DNA of 64,000 nucleotides from Zootoca vivipara (lineage: Eukaryota): assembly GCF_963506605.1 (NCBI RefSeq), contig NC_083288.1, forward strand, positions 45,570,001-45,634,000, written 5' to 3'. Numbering within the stretch: position 1 is the stretch's first letter; each line of letters opens with the position of its first letter. The notes beneath the pieces were generated by a model that did not search any database, was not told where the DNA came from, and saw nothing but the letters and a program-made list of their open reading frames with translations. Shown here in pieces: positions 1-12,746 of the stretch. The translations under genes were made by a program, and so were the position numbers.

Positions 1-545
1 ACTTCGACTGGCTGGCTAAACAAGTGAGGGCACTCAATGGGCTTCCACCCTTAAGGAGTTAGGGATTTCCTCTGCATGTGAAGACAAGTTCTGGCAGATT
101 GAGCAGATAAGACCAACTGTGGTGACTGCATGTGCAGTAGAGGGAAATGAGCAGCAGTTGGGGCTCATCCACCTGGGAAGGTAGCCCAACTAGAAGAAGG
201 AAAATCTGGTCCTAATCCTCCGCTATCTTGTGGCTACATACTAATTCATGAGAAAGGCTTTGGGAATAAAACCAGAGGAAATATCCATACCTGCTGCTTT
301 GATGGACATCACTGGGCAATCCAAAGGTACCTTTGCCATACTTTATGCTTTTGATGTTTTTAATATTATTAGCAACTCAGTCTGCCTTACTCTTTCCACC
401 TTATGATCACAGCCAGCATCTTATCTCACAAGAAATTCTTTCCCATTGTTGCAGTAATGGTTGGTATACTTTTTTTTTTCTTCTCTTTAGTGGCAAACAA
501 CAGGAAAATGGTTAAAGATTTTTCATGCAGAGGATTCCCTCATCT

Positions 546-548
<3 letters not shown>

Positions 549-603
<55 letters not shown>
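549..603. repeat. (TA)n microsatellite
   Basis: Pure TA dinucleotide run. Confidence 0.95.
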
Positions 604-609
<6 letters not shown>

Positions 610-1653
610 CATAAATCGGGCATTTTGCTCTACCTTAGGCACTTCAATGTCCACTTTTTTCCATTCTGTTCTTCTTAATGACAGAATGTGCTACATACAA
701 ATTTTCAGATTGTGTCAGAGGGTCATCGTGTCTACTCTAAAGTAACTCCGCCTGATTCCAGTTTGTCTTCAAAGAATTTTATTGTGCTATCTATTTACAG
801 TGTAGAGACAGCTTAAAACATGACCTCTCATCCTGAATCAGAATCCGGCAATGGCGTACGTCTGTTCCTACGCCTGCAAAGTAGTCTGGGCACCCCAAAA
901 CGCCACCCCCTTGACCTGCGTTGCAGTGCTCTCCTCATTTCTGGCGCCGGAAGGAGCGACGCCCTTTCAGTTTCCTCCTTCAGCAGTCAGTTCCCTGGCT
1001 CTGCAGCATTCCTAAGCGTCTGCCTGCATCCCTCCACCTCCGAGCTTTCCCATTGTTCCTCACTCTGATTTATCTCCCCCTCCGAGTCTCTTCTTCCCCC
1101 TCTAGCTGCTTCAGAACCACCGGTGCTCTCTGTACTTGATGAGGTGGACATTAGGAAGATAGAGGGGTCTCTCCAAGTTATACTTTTCCTTGTCCCAGAA
1201 GTGTTTAAAGAAGGGAGGGTGTGGGTCTTTCTTCCTAGAGAAGGTATTTATGTGACTCCTCAGTTTCCCAGCTCATTCTAACTTTTGTCTGAGGCACCAG
1301 GCACAGAAAGCATAAAAAGCCTCAATCAAAGCATTTGAGGTTGCTCACGAATCCCCCTTCTCTTCCTGAGTGATTAAAGGTCAGCCCATCTCTTTGACTA
1401 TTATTAAGCACCACAAAATTATCTTCTGTCAGGGGCGAGCTAACACAGAGACAGCTGAATCTCAATTCTTCTCCCTTGAAGTCTCCACCTGGAACTGATT
1501 GTATGTGAGGCATATTATTATTCACAACAGTTTTGACCTGATTTTTTTTTTGGGGGGGAGGTATCAAAATGGAGTAGCAAAATATATTTAAAGTGGATTT
1601 GAAAAAAAAATGGTTGATTTTCTATTCACTTTAGTTGTAGGAATGTGCCCAAA

Positions 1654-2598
1654 ATGTGGAACCACAGCATGGTGAGAGAATTTGTACTTTCGGGCTTTAC
1701 AGACAACCGGAGAGTTGAAATCTTTCTATTTACCCTCATATTTAGCACGTACCTTTTGACAATAATGGGGAACGCTGCGATTGTTATAATCACTCGGGTG
1801 AATCGCCAGCTCAACACCCCAATGTATTTCTTCCTCCGACACTTTGCCTTCATGGAAATTGGATTCACCACCTCTATCATTCCAAAAACATTGGCCAGCA
1901 TGGCCGCTGGCCAGAAAGCCATCTCGCTACCTGGTTGCTTCACGCAGACCTTTTTGTACTTTGCATTTGGAGCCACAGAGTTCCTTCTTCTGGCGGTCAT
2001 GTCTATTGACAGGTACGTGGCCATATGCAAACCCCTTCACTACTCCACCATGATGAATGCTCGGGTCTGCAAACTGCTGGTGCTCTGCTCCTGGGTTGGT
2101 GGGTTGCTGTTTACTATGGTCCCAACAGCTGTGCTGTTTCAGATGCCCTATTGTGGCCCAAACACCATCAATCATTTTTTCTGTGACAGTGGACCACTGA
2201 TGAAGCTTGCGTGTGCTAACACAAGCCTCCTGGAACTGAGATTTCTTCTCATCGCCGCACTCTGTCTCCTTGGGACCTTGACCATAAACATTGTTTCCTA
2301 CGTCAATATTGTCCTCACGATCCTGCACATCCCTTCGACCACTGGGCGGCAGAAGGCTTTCTCCACCTGCGCTTCTCACATCACCGTGGTCTCCATCACT
2401 TATGGTAGTTGCATTTTCATTTACATAAAACCAAAAGGTGTTGGTACTTTGGACTTCAGCAAAGGGGTGGCTGTTCTTAACACGATCGTGTCCCCTCTTC
2501 TGAATCCGTTCATTTACTGCCTGAGAAATAGACAGGTCCAGGATGCGCTGAAAGCTGGATTTAGACAGTGTGTTGGGTTTCATCAGAAGCCAAGATGA
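1654..2598 (+). CDS. Olfactory receptor, class II family-6-like (subfamily A, copy 1), 314 aa
   Basis: OR motifs GN, LNTPMYFFL, MSIDRYVAIC, HFFCD, KAFSTCASH, PLLNPFIY; N-glycosylation sequon NHS; ATG at 1654 just after a pyrimidine-rich acceptor (AG at 1639-1640). The ORF-track start at 1645 is GTG. Confidence 0.95.
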   Translation: MWNHSMVREFVLSGFTDNRRVEIFLFTLIFSTYLLTIMGNAAIVIITRVNRQLNTPMYFFLRHFAFMEIGFTTSIIPKTLASMAAGQKAISLPGCFTQTFLYFAFGATEFLLLAVMSIDRYVAICKPLHYSTMMNARVCKLLVLCSWVGGLLFTMVPTAVLFQMPYCGPNTINHFFCDSGPLMKLACANTSLLELRFLLIAALCLLGTLTINIVSYVNIVLTILHIPSTTGRQKAFSTCASHITVVSITYGSCIFIYIKPKGVGTLDFSKGVAVLNTIVSPLLNPFIYCLRNRQVQDALKAGFRQCVGFHQKPR

Positions 2599-3177
2599 TT
2601 GCCATCAGCTGAAACCTTAAAATCAGATATTATCCGTGCCTATCGGTAACACTGCGCGGAGAGAGTACCATATTCTGACAAAGACTGTGTTTGGAAAACA
2701 TCAAACGTCAAACAAATTCAGATCAATTTTGGTGTCAAAGAGTATAGAATGTTCACATCAAAGAGTATAGAATGTCCACATCACAGAGGAATTTCAGCTA
2801 CACATAAACAGGATACCAAGTGTTAAATGCCAGGTGCTATTCAGTAACCTAGACCAAGGTTGGGAGATTCATTTAAGCATGGAGTCCACATTACATTCTG
2901 GGTACCTTACCAGTGGTTGGTGGGGCCAATTGGTTGGTGGGTGGAGCAATTAATGAAAATGTTACCTTTGTGGAGGAGACTAGTTTCTACACTTACTCCC
3001 ACACCTAAACACCTTTAAACACCCATATCCAGGCAAGCAAGAGACATTATCAGAGTTCAAGTATACCTCCCAGGTAGGCAGATACACTCATGAAAGTTGT
3101 GGAGCAGGGGGAGTGAAGGATGTGGCCCAAGGAAAAGATCTGTGACTGGGGAGAGCCCTGGGGACCAGCTAGAGAGG

Positions 3178-3305
3178 CATCTGAAGGCAGCCCTGTTTAG
3201 GAAGGCTTTTAATGTTTAATAGATTATTTTATTTCATTTTTCTGTTGGAAGCCACCCAGAGTGGCTGCGGAAACCCAGCCAGATGGGCAGGGTATAAATA
3301 AATAA

Positions 3306-3348
<43 letters not shown>
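3178..3348 (+). mobile_element. L2-type LINE 3' tail with (TTA)n
   Basis: gccacccagagtggctg...ccagatgggcagggtataaat followed by (TTA)n; same tail as the RT-bearing L2 copies at 25230 and 57690. Confidence 0.75.
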
Positions 3349-3349
<1 letters not shown>

Positions 3350-3407
3350 GGAGGGCTGCATCTGACCCTCAAATCTGAGTGCCCCTGACATGCACGATTC
3401 CAGCCCT

Positions 3408-3746
3408 TAAAGGTAAAGGTAAAGGGACCCCTGACCATTAGGTCCAGTCGTGACCGACTCTGGGGTTGCACGCTCATCTCGCATTATTGGCCGAGGGAGC
3501 CAGCGTATAGCTTCCAGGTCATGTGGCCAGCATGACAAAGCCGCTTCTGGCAAACCAGAGCAGCACATGAAAACACCGTTTACCTTCCCGCTGTAGCGGT
3601 TCCTATTAATCTACTTGCATTTTGACATGCTTTCAAACTGCTAGGTTGGCAGGAGCTGGGACCAAGCAACGGGAGCTCACCCCATCACAGGGATTCGAAC
3701 CGCCGACCTTCTGATCAGCAAGCCCTAGGCTCAGTGGTTTAACCAC
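3408..3746 (-). mobile_element. Sauria (Squam1) SINE
   Basis: (ACCTTT)n tail on the minus strand, tRNA-like B box GGTTCGAATCCC; homologous to the copy at 12451. Confidence 0.85.
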
Positions 3747-3819
3747 TTAGCAAAGGCAAATCAAGCAGGATGATCAGAGCTGAGGAATAAACTTGCCCTT
3801 TAGTGGCAAATACCTTAGA

Positions 3820-3930
3820 GATCATAGAATTGTTGCAATCTAGTCTAACCCCTTGCAATGCAGGAATCTTTTGACGAATGTGGGGCTTGAACCCACAACT
3901 CTGAGTTTAAGAATCTTATGCTCTACTGAC
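3820..3930 (-). mobile_element. tRNA-Lys-derived SINE with CR1-type tail
   Basis: Degenerate tRNA-Lys head plus ATTCTATG tail; other copies near 29170, 30770, 42660 and 63388. Confidence 0.6.
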
Positions 3931-4514
3931 AACGAGATGTGCTTAGATCTGAGATTCTAATGGTTGGGTTTAATTAAGTAATTAATCATGGTATATTTAC
4001 ATCTCACTCTTCCTCCAAGGAGCCCAAGGTGGCACACATGGTTTCGCCCTCTCCCATTTTGCCATCACAACAACCCTGTGAGGTAGGGTTCGGCTGAGAG
4101 CCAATGACTGGCTCAATATCACACAATGGGTTTCATAGTTGAGTGGAAATTTGAACCCTCATCTTCCAGGATCAAGTGGAACCATTTTAGTATGAACCCA
4201 AGGCCGTCCTCCCGAAATATGAGTGTTCATGAAGCATTGATCAAATTGAGAACCCACAAATCAAACAGTGGGGTGGATATTTAAAAAGTAGTGATTGACA
4301 TAGTTCCATAGACTACAGATGCCATTGGCTCAGAGTATGTAACTCTGACCCCTAACCACGATTAAATTTCACTCATTTCCATTCTAACTGAGCAGGACAG
4401 CGGCATTTTGGAGACGTTAGCAGAGACCTCCAGGGTTGGGATGTCTGCTATTCTGCCCATCTTTCAAATGTATGAATGTATATTTGGTGGGTGAGGGTGA
4501 TTTTCTATGTTGTG

Positions 4515-5195
4515 TCTGGCTTGCCATTAGTATGTGTGAAAAGGATCTAAGTGTCTTAGTAGACCACCAGTTTAATATGAGTCAACAATGTGATGCAGCA
4601 GCAAAAAAAGGTAATGCTATCCTAGGCTACAGCAACAGAAGTGTAGTGTCCTGATCAAGGGAAGCAATAGCAACACTCTATTCTGCCTTGATCAGACCAT
4701 ACCTGGAGTCCTGTGTCCAGTTCTGGGCACAACAATTTAAGAAGGATATTGACAAGCTGGAACATGTGCATAGGAGGGCAACCAAGATGATCAAGGATCT
4801 GGAAACCAAGCCTTACGAGGAACAGTTGAAGGAGCTGGGTATATTTAGCCTAGAAAAGAGGAGACTGCGAGGAGATATGATAGCCATCTTCCAATACCTT
4901 AAGGGCTGTCATATGGAAGATGGAACAATATCCCCCCCACAAGCTCCGGAGGCTAGGACTCAAGCCATTGGCTTCAAGTTACAAGAAAGGGGATTCTGAC
5001 TAAACCGCAGGAAGAACTTTCTGACAGTAAGAGCTGTTTCACAGTGGACTAGACTCCCTTTGAAGGTGGTGGACTCTTCTTCATTGGACATTGGAGGTTT
5101 CCAAGCAGAGGCTGAATGCCATTCCTGCATTCCAAGGGGTTGGGCTAGATGCACCTTGGGGTCCTTCCAATTGTACATATTTTATGATTCCATGA
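4515..5195 (+). mobile_element. CR1 LINE 3' fragment
   Basis: ORF 4688-4999 RPYLESCVQFW...[14 protein letters not shown]-like CR1 ORF2 C-terminus, CR1 3' hairpin and degenerate ATTCTATG tail. Confidence 0.9.
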
Positions 5196-5232
5196 AATTA
5201 TAGACAAGTATCTTCAAGTTTGTTGTTGTTCT

Positions 5233-5234
<2 letters not shown>

Positions 5235-5282
<48 letters not shown>
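5235..5282. repeat. (CA)n microsatellite
   Basis: Pure CA run. Confidence 0.95.
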
Positions 5283-5287
<5 letters not shown>

Positions 5288-5474
5288 CTGAAATGCCACA
5301 CTGAATTTGTAGTGTTTGTACACTGAGCATATAATATACACTGCATTCACACAGACCCACAAACAGCCACACATGGAAATACTAATGACAATAGAAAAAG
5401 AACAAAACTGGAAATAAAATGCAAAGCTACTGTCAAAATGTGGTGGAAAGGGAATTAGGGCAATGCCACTATCT

Positions 5475-6054
5475 TGACAGGAGCGTGCCAGAAGTAAATC
5501 ACACTTAACAAGTTGGTGTTAACTCTTTTTAAGCAAAAGCAGGAGTGTCAGGCCTATTGAGCACAGCAGCTCATCTCTGTCAGGTCTTGCCCCATGAAAT
5601 ATCGGTAGTTGCTGAGACTGAAGGTCCCCATCTCCCCACCTAAGTCTCCTCTTCTCCACGGTTTTACCCAAGCAACCTGAGACTATGCTGGCATGATGGT
5701 AACTTCTCCTCTGCCCTCTTCATGCCTCTCCTGGATCTGCGAGACCAGTTGGGAGGGGAGCTTGTTGCAGCAGGGGGGGGGGGGAGACACCTGTGCCTCT
5801 TCACCAGCCTGACTAATCTCTTCCTCTTGGCTTCCTTCTTCTCTTGTTTCTGCTTCTGCCACAGACTCCCCACATAGACCACAGAGGTAGGACTTCTTGC
5901 CTGTCCTTAATGTTCTTCTGCGGCAAGCGAGTTCATGTCAAGCTTCTGACACCTCCTCCCAGTCTGCTGCTGCTTCTCCCTCTGACTACTCATCATCCCA
6001 CCACCAATCCCTTGGCTCGGAGCCTTCTTCCCTGTGTCCAACCAGTCCGTGACA
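5475..6054. mobile_element. Putative solo LTR
   Basis: TG...CA termini flanked by direct repeat ctatct (5469-5474 and 6055-6060); family not recognised. Confidence 0.45.
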
Positions 6055-6274
6055 CTATCTAAAACACAAACAACAAATTATTGTTTGTTTATTTATTTAA
6101 TATATGGATGGGAGTGGCAGGGCTGCTGAGAGTGGGTTTGTGGTCTTGTCGGGGGGGAATGGGGGGGGCAGCAGGAGCAGATCAGCCAAAGACCTTTCCA
6201 CGGGAATTGTATTAATGTGCAAGAAACAAAAAACGGAAGCAAAAGCAAATATGCACAATAAATATGGTGCCCTA

Positions 6275-6816
6275 CATTATTATTATTTCCACTACCATAC
6301 ACATCGACCACAAGGAGGCAGAAGACTTTCTCCACTTGTGCTTCTCACATCACAGTGTTCTCAATCACTCACGGAAGTTGCATTTCCATTTATTTTGTTG
6401 TTGTTTAGTTGTTTAGTCATGTCCAACTCTTTGTGACCCCATGGACCAGAGCATGTCAGGCACTCCTGTCTTCCACTGCCTCCCACAGTTTGGTCAAACT
6501 CATGTTGGTAGCTTCGAGAACACTGTCCAACCATCTCGTCCTCTGTCGTCCCCTTCTCCTTGTGCCCTCCATCTTTCCCAACATCAGGGTCTTTTCCAGG
6601 GAGTCTTCTCTTCTCATGAGGTGGCCAAAGTATTGGAGCCTCCATTTATATCAAACTCAAAGGCACAGGTAAATTAGCATTTACCAAGGGAGTGCCTCTT
6701 CTTGACATGGTTTTGCCTCCCCTTCTGAACCCATTTGTTTACTGCCTGAGGAACAGACAGGGTGCCTTGCAATCTGGCTTTGGACTGCATGTTGGGTTTT
6801 GTAGCAACTCAAGGCG
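6275..6816 (+). pseudogene. OR pseudogene, 3' fragment (subfamily A) interrupted by BovB
   Basis: Degenerate RQKTFSTCASHITV and PLLNPFVYCLRNRQ segments on either side of a BovB insertion; 5' two-thirds absent. Confidence 0.85.
6394..6640 (-). mobile_element. BovB (RTE) LINE 3' fragment
   Basis: (CAA)n tail, BovB ORF end (YFGHLMRREDSLEKTLMLGK), TSD tccatttat at 6385-6393 and 6641-6649. Confidence 0.9.
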
Positions 6817-8202
6817 ATTGAACTCAAACATCAGCACAAACATCAAAAACCTATGTAAACCTTGCAACCAATTGGATAAACCTCGCCTTTCAGTAACACA
6901 GGATTTCCTTCAAGGAAATCCTTCAAGTTAATAATGTCAAGTACTGAATATTCTGTGTTGATTGTCAAGAGCTATTCAATGACAGAAATCAGGGTTGAGG
7001 GACCATGAAACTCACCAGGTATTCATGGACCAGTCACTGCCTTTCATCCCACCTCACCTGACAGGCTTGTTGCGTGAAAACTGAGGAAGACAAAAACATA
7101 TACAGTATACCACCTTTAGTTCCTTGGAAGAAAGGTGGGGTAGCTATATAATGGGGGGGGGGAGGAAGGAGCACAATAGTTTCAACTCATGACCCCAGAA
7201 TAGTAACCAGCCATGTAGAAGCCCTATGGACCATGACCCTTCCATCGAAGCTTGCAGTAGTATGGCAGTAGCCTCTTACATCAAATGTTCAGCAGTTTTT
7301 TCCTGCTCCTTTGGGAAGCAAAGCTCATGTCCCTGTTGTGGGAAAACAAACTAATATCTCTCATGCTGTATTGTTGCCTAGGTGAGGTTGCAACCAAGAA
7401 GCAAATAGCTCTTGTTCTGACTCCCTTAAAGAACAGAGTGGGCACCATTGCTTCTCATAGGGTGTTTCCATTTTGCAAAGAAATGCATGTCCTAAATTGC
7501 AAAGTTTTGTGTGGTAAAGAAGGGGAAAAAACTTTCTAGAGACCACTGGGGCTACAGACATCACTGTCTGGGATATTGTACGTTTTATTTTAATTTATCT
7601 CGTTGTTTTTATTGGAGGTGGGTTTTCTCTGATGGCAGATGGCAGAACCACGAGACAACGAGACTGGCATTAAACACTCAAATAAAGGATTTATTGTAGC
7701 TATACAAAAACAACAGACTTAAAGCGCGTGAGTGTTCTTTCCCTGCAGGCAAATTCAAACTGCCACTTCTCCTCCTTTCCTACTCGTCACCAGCTGTAAC
7801 TAATCAGCTCAGAACTTACACCCAGAACTTAAGGAAACAGTTCTTAAAGTTACAATCATCTTTTCTGTTTCTTTGCAGAATGACTGCCAACAATTTTAAC
7901 TGTGCTTTAAAATTGCTTTCCAAATGATGTACTATAAAATTACATCCTGTGTCAAAAATGGGAGAATTATATTTAAAAAATTATTGCCTTATTTCCATCA
8001 CAAATACGTTTGTGTTCCTGTTTATGGAATATTAAATGAAATTGATTTTTAATATACCATTTTCTCCTTGGGACCTGATCATTCACAGCACTGTTGACTT
8101 GATTGCCAGGAAAGGAAAAGCAACACTTGCTCAGTATAGTTTATTAAACATTGATACTAATGAATGATTTCTATTCACTTTAGTTATAGGAATGTGCCCA
8201 AA

Positions 8203-9147
8203 ATGAGGAACAGCACTATGGTGAGAGAATTCATACTTCAGGGCTTTACGGACAACCGGCAAGTTGAAATCTTGCTTTTCACCCTTCTTTTTCCCATGTA
8301 TCTTTTGACAATAACGGGGAACGCTGTGATTGTTATAATCACTCGGGTGAATCCCCAGCTCAACACCCCAATGTATTTCTTCCTTCGACACTTTGCAGTC
8401 CTAGAGATTGGGTTCACTACCTCTGTCATTCCTAAAACATTGATCAACATGGCCATTGGACAGAAGACCATCTCTTTGCCTGCTTGCTTCACACAGTGCT
8501 TTCTGTATTTTATCCTGGGTACCACAGAGTTCCTTCTGCTGGCAGTTATGTCCATTGACAGGTATGTGGCCATCTGCAACCCTCTTCGCTACCCAACCAT
8601 CATGAATGATCACTTGTGCTCACTGCTGGTGCTCTGCTCTTGGCTAGGGGGCTTGGCACTCATTATAGTTCCAATAGTTGTCCTTTTTCAGATGCCCTTT
8701 TGTGGTCCAAACACCATCAACCATTTTTTCTGTGATAGTGGGCCACTGATGAAACTTGCATGCGCAAACACGACTCTATTTGAATTCCTCAGTTTCCTCA
8801 TCGCTTTGCTCTCTCTCCTTGGGACCTTGGCCATAACAATTGTGTCCTATATACGCATTGTCTCAACCATCATGCTCATCCCTTCGACCACAGGGAGGCA
8901 GAAGGCATTCTCCACTTGTGCTTCTCACATCATAGTGATCTCCCTCACTTACGGCAGCTGCATTTTCATGTACATAAAACCAAAAGGCACTGGTACGTTA
9001 GACTTCAGCAAAGGGGTGGCTCTCCTGAACACTGTTGTGTCTCCACTCCTGAATCCATTCATTTACTGCCTGAGGAACAGGCAGGTCCAGGATGCCTTGA
9101 GAGCTGGGTTTAGACAGTGCGTTGGACTTTGCAAGTCCCCAAGGTGA
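8203..9147 (+). CDS. Olfactory receptor, family-6-like (subfamily A, copy 2), 314 aa
   Basis: All OR motifs intact; start MRNST aligns with the start of the 1654 paralog; same acceptor context. Confidence 0.95.
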   Translation: MRNSTMVREFILQGFTDNRQVEILLFTLLFPMYLLTITGNAVIVIITRVNPQLNTPMYFFLRHFAVLEIGFTTSVIPKTLINMAIGQKTISLPACFTQCFLYFILGTTEFLLLAVMSIDRYVAICNPLRYPTIMNDHLCSLLVLCSWLGGLALIIVPIVVLFQMPFCGPNTINHFFCDSGPLMKLACANTTLFEFLSFLIALLSLLGTLAITIVSYIRIVSTIMLIPSTTGRQKAFSTCASHIIVISLTYGSCIFMYIKPKGTGTLDFSKGVALLNTVVSPLLNPFIYCLRNRQVQDALRAGFRQCVGLCKSPR

Positions 9148-10490
9148 TTTGGAATAGGACTGACATCAGCTTGAACATGAATATCAGACCTTTTTTTGGC
9201 TTCCCAGTAACACTTCAAGGATGGAATACAATCTATGGGTGAATACAGTGTGTGGAAAATGTCAAACTCCAAATCAATTTTGGCATCAGAGAGCATAAAG
9301 TTCTGAAATAATCAGACTACCAGCTGTACATTCCTTGGTGATCACTCGTAGCTGAGTAAAATTGTCTTCCATGAAAATGGTATCCCCCCCCCTTTAAATG
9401 CTTTATTGTTCGTTTTCCAGATATATACACCATGTAGTCATCTTCATTTCCGTCAATCCAACAAAGGTATCAATGATCACAAAATATACATACAATTTCA
9501 ACTATGTGTTTTCTACATGAACCTATGACTTCCTGTCCTCTCCATATTTTCCTTTATAATATGCATCTTATCATTATTGTTTTGTAAAAAAATCTTTGTT
9601 TTTTCTATTTCAATATCATTTTCCTTCATATGTATTATTTACAGAAATCATTCAAAGGCTACTACCATTTTTAAATTGCATCTACTTTTCAAATGTTTCT
9701 TAAAAGTATCCCATTCTAGAATGGACTCCTGTCTGGGCTTGTCTCTAATTCTTTCCAAAAGAGAGGCTAATTCTGCATATTCTGTCAATTTCAGTAACCA
9801 TTCAGCTCTTGTAGGGAGTTTGACATTTTTCCACTATGGTCTTAATGGTGTGTCTGTAAGTGACTGCGGAGGCCAATTCTGGTTGTAGGTAACAGGATAT
9901 CAAGTATTAAATATTTCATGTAGAATGTAATGAACTATTCAATTATGTAGATCAAAGAAGAATGGCCCTTTGAAGCACAGGGTCCCCTTTAATCTTTGCC
10001 AACTTTCTGGTATCCACATACCAATAGTTAGTTAGCTCCAAGATGGTGGAGGTATTAATGCAAATTAAATCAAAGATAAGGAATCAAATTTTCCAGTGTT
10101 GGCAAACACATTGGAGATGGATAGGCATAGTTAGAATTGAGATTATGAAGACTGAAACCATGGGGCAAAATGTTTAATTACTGAGGATCAGCAGAATGGA
10201 CTGCAGGAAGATTTCTTAATTTGGGGGAGGGATGGAGAGGAGATATGGATTTTGCTGAGATTTTATCAGCCCACTCCCCTTGAAGCTGGAAATAAGAAAA
10301 GTGAAAGGGATAGGATGGGCCACAGTGCATTCCATCTTGATGGCTTCTGAGACTTTCAGACAGAGAAGAAGAGATATGGATTATTATGTTTATTTATTAA
10401 TGAGCTGATTGTATGTAAAATTAAGGATTAAATTTGGTGAAAAGTGAGGGTGGGTACCCCTGGGAGATTGGCAGTGAGAGAGGGGAAAAT

Positions 10491-10492
<2 letters not shown>

Positions 10493-10541
<49 letters not shown>
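10493..10541. repeat. (AC)n microsatellite
   Basis: Pure AC run. Confidence 0.95.
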
Positions 10542-10542
<1 letters not shown>

Positions 10543-10934
10543 TCTAGGGGTTCCATTTTCACCCTCTGCACACAGCACCAGTGAGGCTGAGTTGTTTATT
10601 ACTGGGGCCAGATGTCAGACAGCAATGTTCAAGGCCATGTTAGGGAAGAATGTGTGTATGTGGTCTGGGAGGAAGCAAGATCTGTTTTTCACAGACATCT
10701 GTGGGGAGTCAGCTTTTAAATTTGTGTTGCATTTGTATTAATTTGTATTAATTTGGTGACCATTTGTTAAAATTATGGAAAAACCACTAAAAATAATTGG
10801 CAAACAAGTTTAAGTACTTAATTTATAATTGTGTTCATATTGCACGTCTTCTCCAAGGAGCTCAAGGTGGCATACATGACTCTCTCCCTCTGCCATGTTT
10901 TCATTGTAGCAACTCTGTGAGGTCAGTTAGGCTG

Positions 10935-12340
10935 ATCAAGGGAAGTCATAGTACCACTGTATTCTGCTTTGGTCAGACCAAACCACACCTGGAGAACTAT
11001 GTCCAGTTCTGGGCACCACAATTTAAAAGTGATATCAACAAGCTGGAACATGTGCAGAGGAGGGAAACCAAGATGATCAAGGGTGTGGAAACCAAGCTTT
11101 ATGAGGAATGGTTGAGAGAGTTGGGTATGTTTAGCCTGGTAAAGCAGAGACTGAGAGGAGATATAATAGCAGCCTTTCAATATCTAAAGGGCTGTCACAT
11201 GGAAGATGGAGCAAATTTGTTTTCTTCTGCTCCAGAGGGTAGGACCCAAACCAATGGCTTCAAGTTACAAGAAATAAGATTCCAAATAAACACCAGGAGG
11301 AACTTTCTGACACTAATAACTGTTTGTGTGATGAGGCTGACAGAAATCTCCCCTAAATAACTCACAACACACACATTATTTTAGGTTTGGGTTTTTGGCA
11401 TTATTTTGGCCACATCTTTATTTAAATACATTTTAATTTTGAGTGTTGGCTTAGGCTTTTGGTTAAACTACCTGTTCCCTTGTTGGGACAGGACCATTTC
11501 CATCTGTCCCGCTTGGGACAGGACCATCTCCATCTGTGCACTTGGGATAGGACCCTAAGCATATAGGGAAGTCAAGTAAACACCCCATGGAAGAGGAGGT
11601 AGCTGTGTCCAGGCATTCCCCCCCTTGACCAGGAATGTTCCCCAAGGCTCGTGGTCTGTTATGTCCCCCCAGCCCTGCCTATGGCGGGGATGTAAGGACT
11701 AGAACCAGAGCCCCAGGATTCCTTTAACGGAATACTTCTATGAGGATCAACATTAAGAAGGGGGGTAGGCATCTGGATGCCATACCCCTCCTCCAACCAA
11801 ATTCATTAACCAAAAGCCTAACCGCCAACCTAACAAGTTGTGACAATTTGCTAAGCAGTAGGCAAAAACCAAGTGGCAACAGCCAATCAGCCAAATGGCA
11901 AAATTCCTACTGGGCCCCTTCAACAGGCGACTCCATGAAAGGCAAAGCAATGTCAGGCTAAAACCTGCAGAAAAAGCAGCGGGTGGGAGGGAGATTCAAA
12001 CACTCGCAAGAGTGGGTCAAAACCGAAAGACACTGAGTCTATATAGGGGCCCGCCTACCAATCAAATGCTGCAGCATGCTTTACCACCACGCCCCCTATC
12101 ACTCAGCTCTGGCTCAACCCAGCCCCCACCCCAAACCTCAGGGACTTCTTCCCAGCCCTTCCGCAACCCTCATTATCGTTTATTAAGATAATGCGCTTTG
12201 ACAGTGGAACATATTTCTATCAGAGATGGTGAACTCTCCTTCCTTGGAAGTTTTGAAGCAGAGGTTGGATGCTTTAAGGAATTATACGACATTCGACTAG
12301 AAGACCCTTGGGGTCTCTTTCAACTGTACAGGATTCTAAA
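10935..12340 (+). mobile_element. CR1 3' fragment split by a DIRS/Ngaro-like insertion
   Basis: CR1 ORF2 end (KPHLENYVQFWAP...RRNFLT) to about 11325; CR1 sequence resumes at about 12198 (gacagtggaac...gcagaggttggatg). Confidence 0.85.
11328..12195 (-). mobile_element. DIRS/Ngaro-like terminal-repeat element, subfamily A
   Basis: Reverse-complement homology to 22465-23270 and 37385-38180; TATA-like box near one end, AATAA..TGTGGCC near the other; family name is an inference. Confidence 0.6.
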
Positions 12341-12450
12341 CAGAATAGAGAGTAGAGCTAGAAATAAATGCAATCCTAATTTTCAAAAGGCCTTCTGTTA
12401 AAATGGGGTGGGGGAGAGGTTAGGAATATGACACTATCTAAGCTAAGGCA

Positions 12451-12746
12451 GGGACGCAGGTGGCACTGTGAGATAAACCACTGAGCCTAGGGCTTGCTGA
12501 TCAGAAGGTGGGCGATTCGAATCCCTGCAACGGGGTGAGCTCCCATTGTTTGGTCCCAACTCCTGCCAACCTAGCAATCATTTCCGTGCACTGCACTGGT
12601 TCACCAGAAGCAGCTTAGTCATGCTGGCCAAATGACCCGGAAGCTGTACGCTGGCTCCCTCGGCCAATAAAGTCAGATGAGCGCCGCAACCCCAGAGTTG
12701 TTAGCGACTAGACCTAATGGTCAGGGGTCCCTTTACCATTACCTTT
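12451..12746 (+). mobile_element. Sauria (Squam1) SINE, internally deleted
   Basis: GGGACGC 5' end, B box, ACCTTT tail, TSD taagctaaggca at both ends. Confidence 0.9.

Noticed and set aside
1-320. Possible RTE/Vingi 5' UTR-like fragment
   Set aside because: Resemblance from memory only; no ends or coding motif to support it
820-1140. CpG-richer stretch resembling an LTR
   Set aside because: No termini or TSD could be identified
1626-2583. Long antisense or alternative-frame ORFs over OR genes (for example 1927-2583, 8238-8579, 56168-56614)
   Set aside because: Shadow frames of real coding sequence; they recur in paralogs only because the sense strand is conserved
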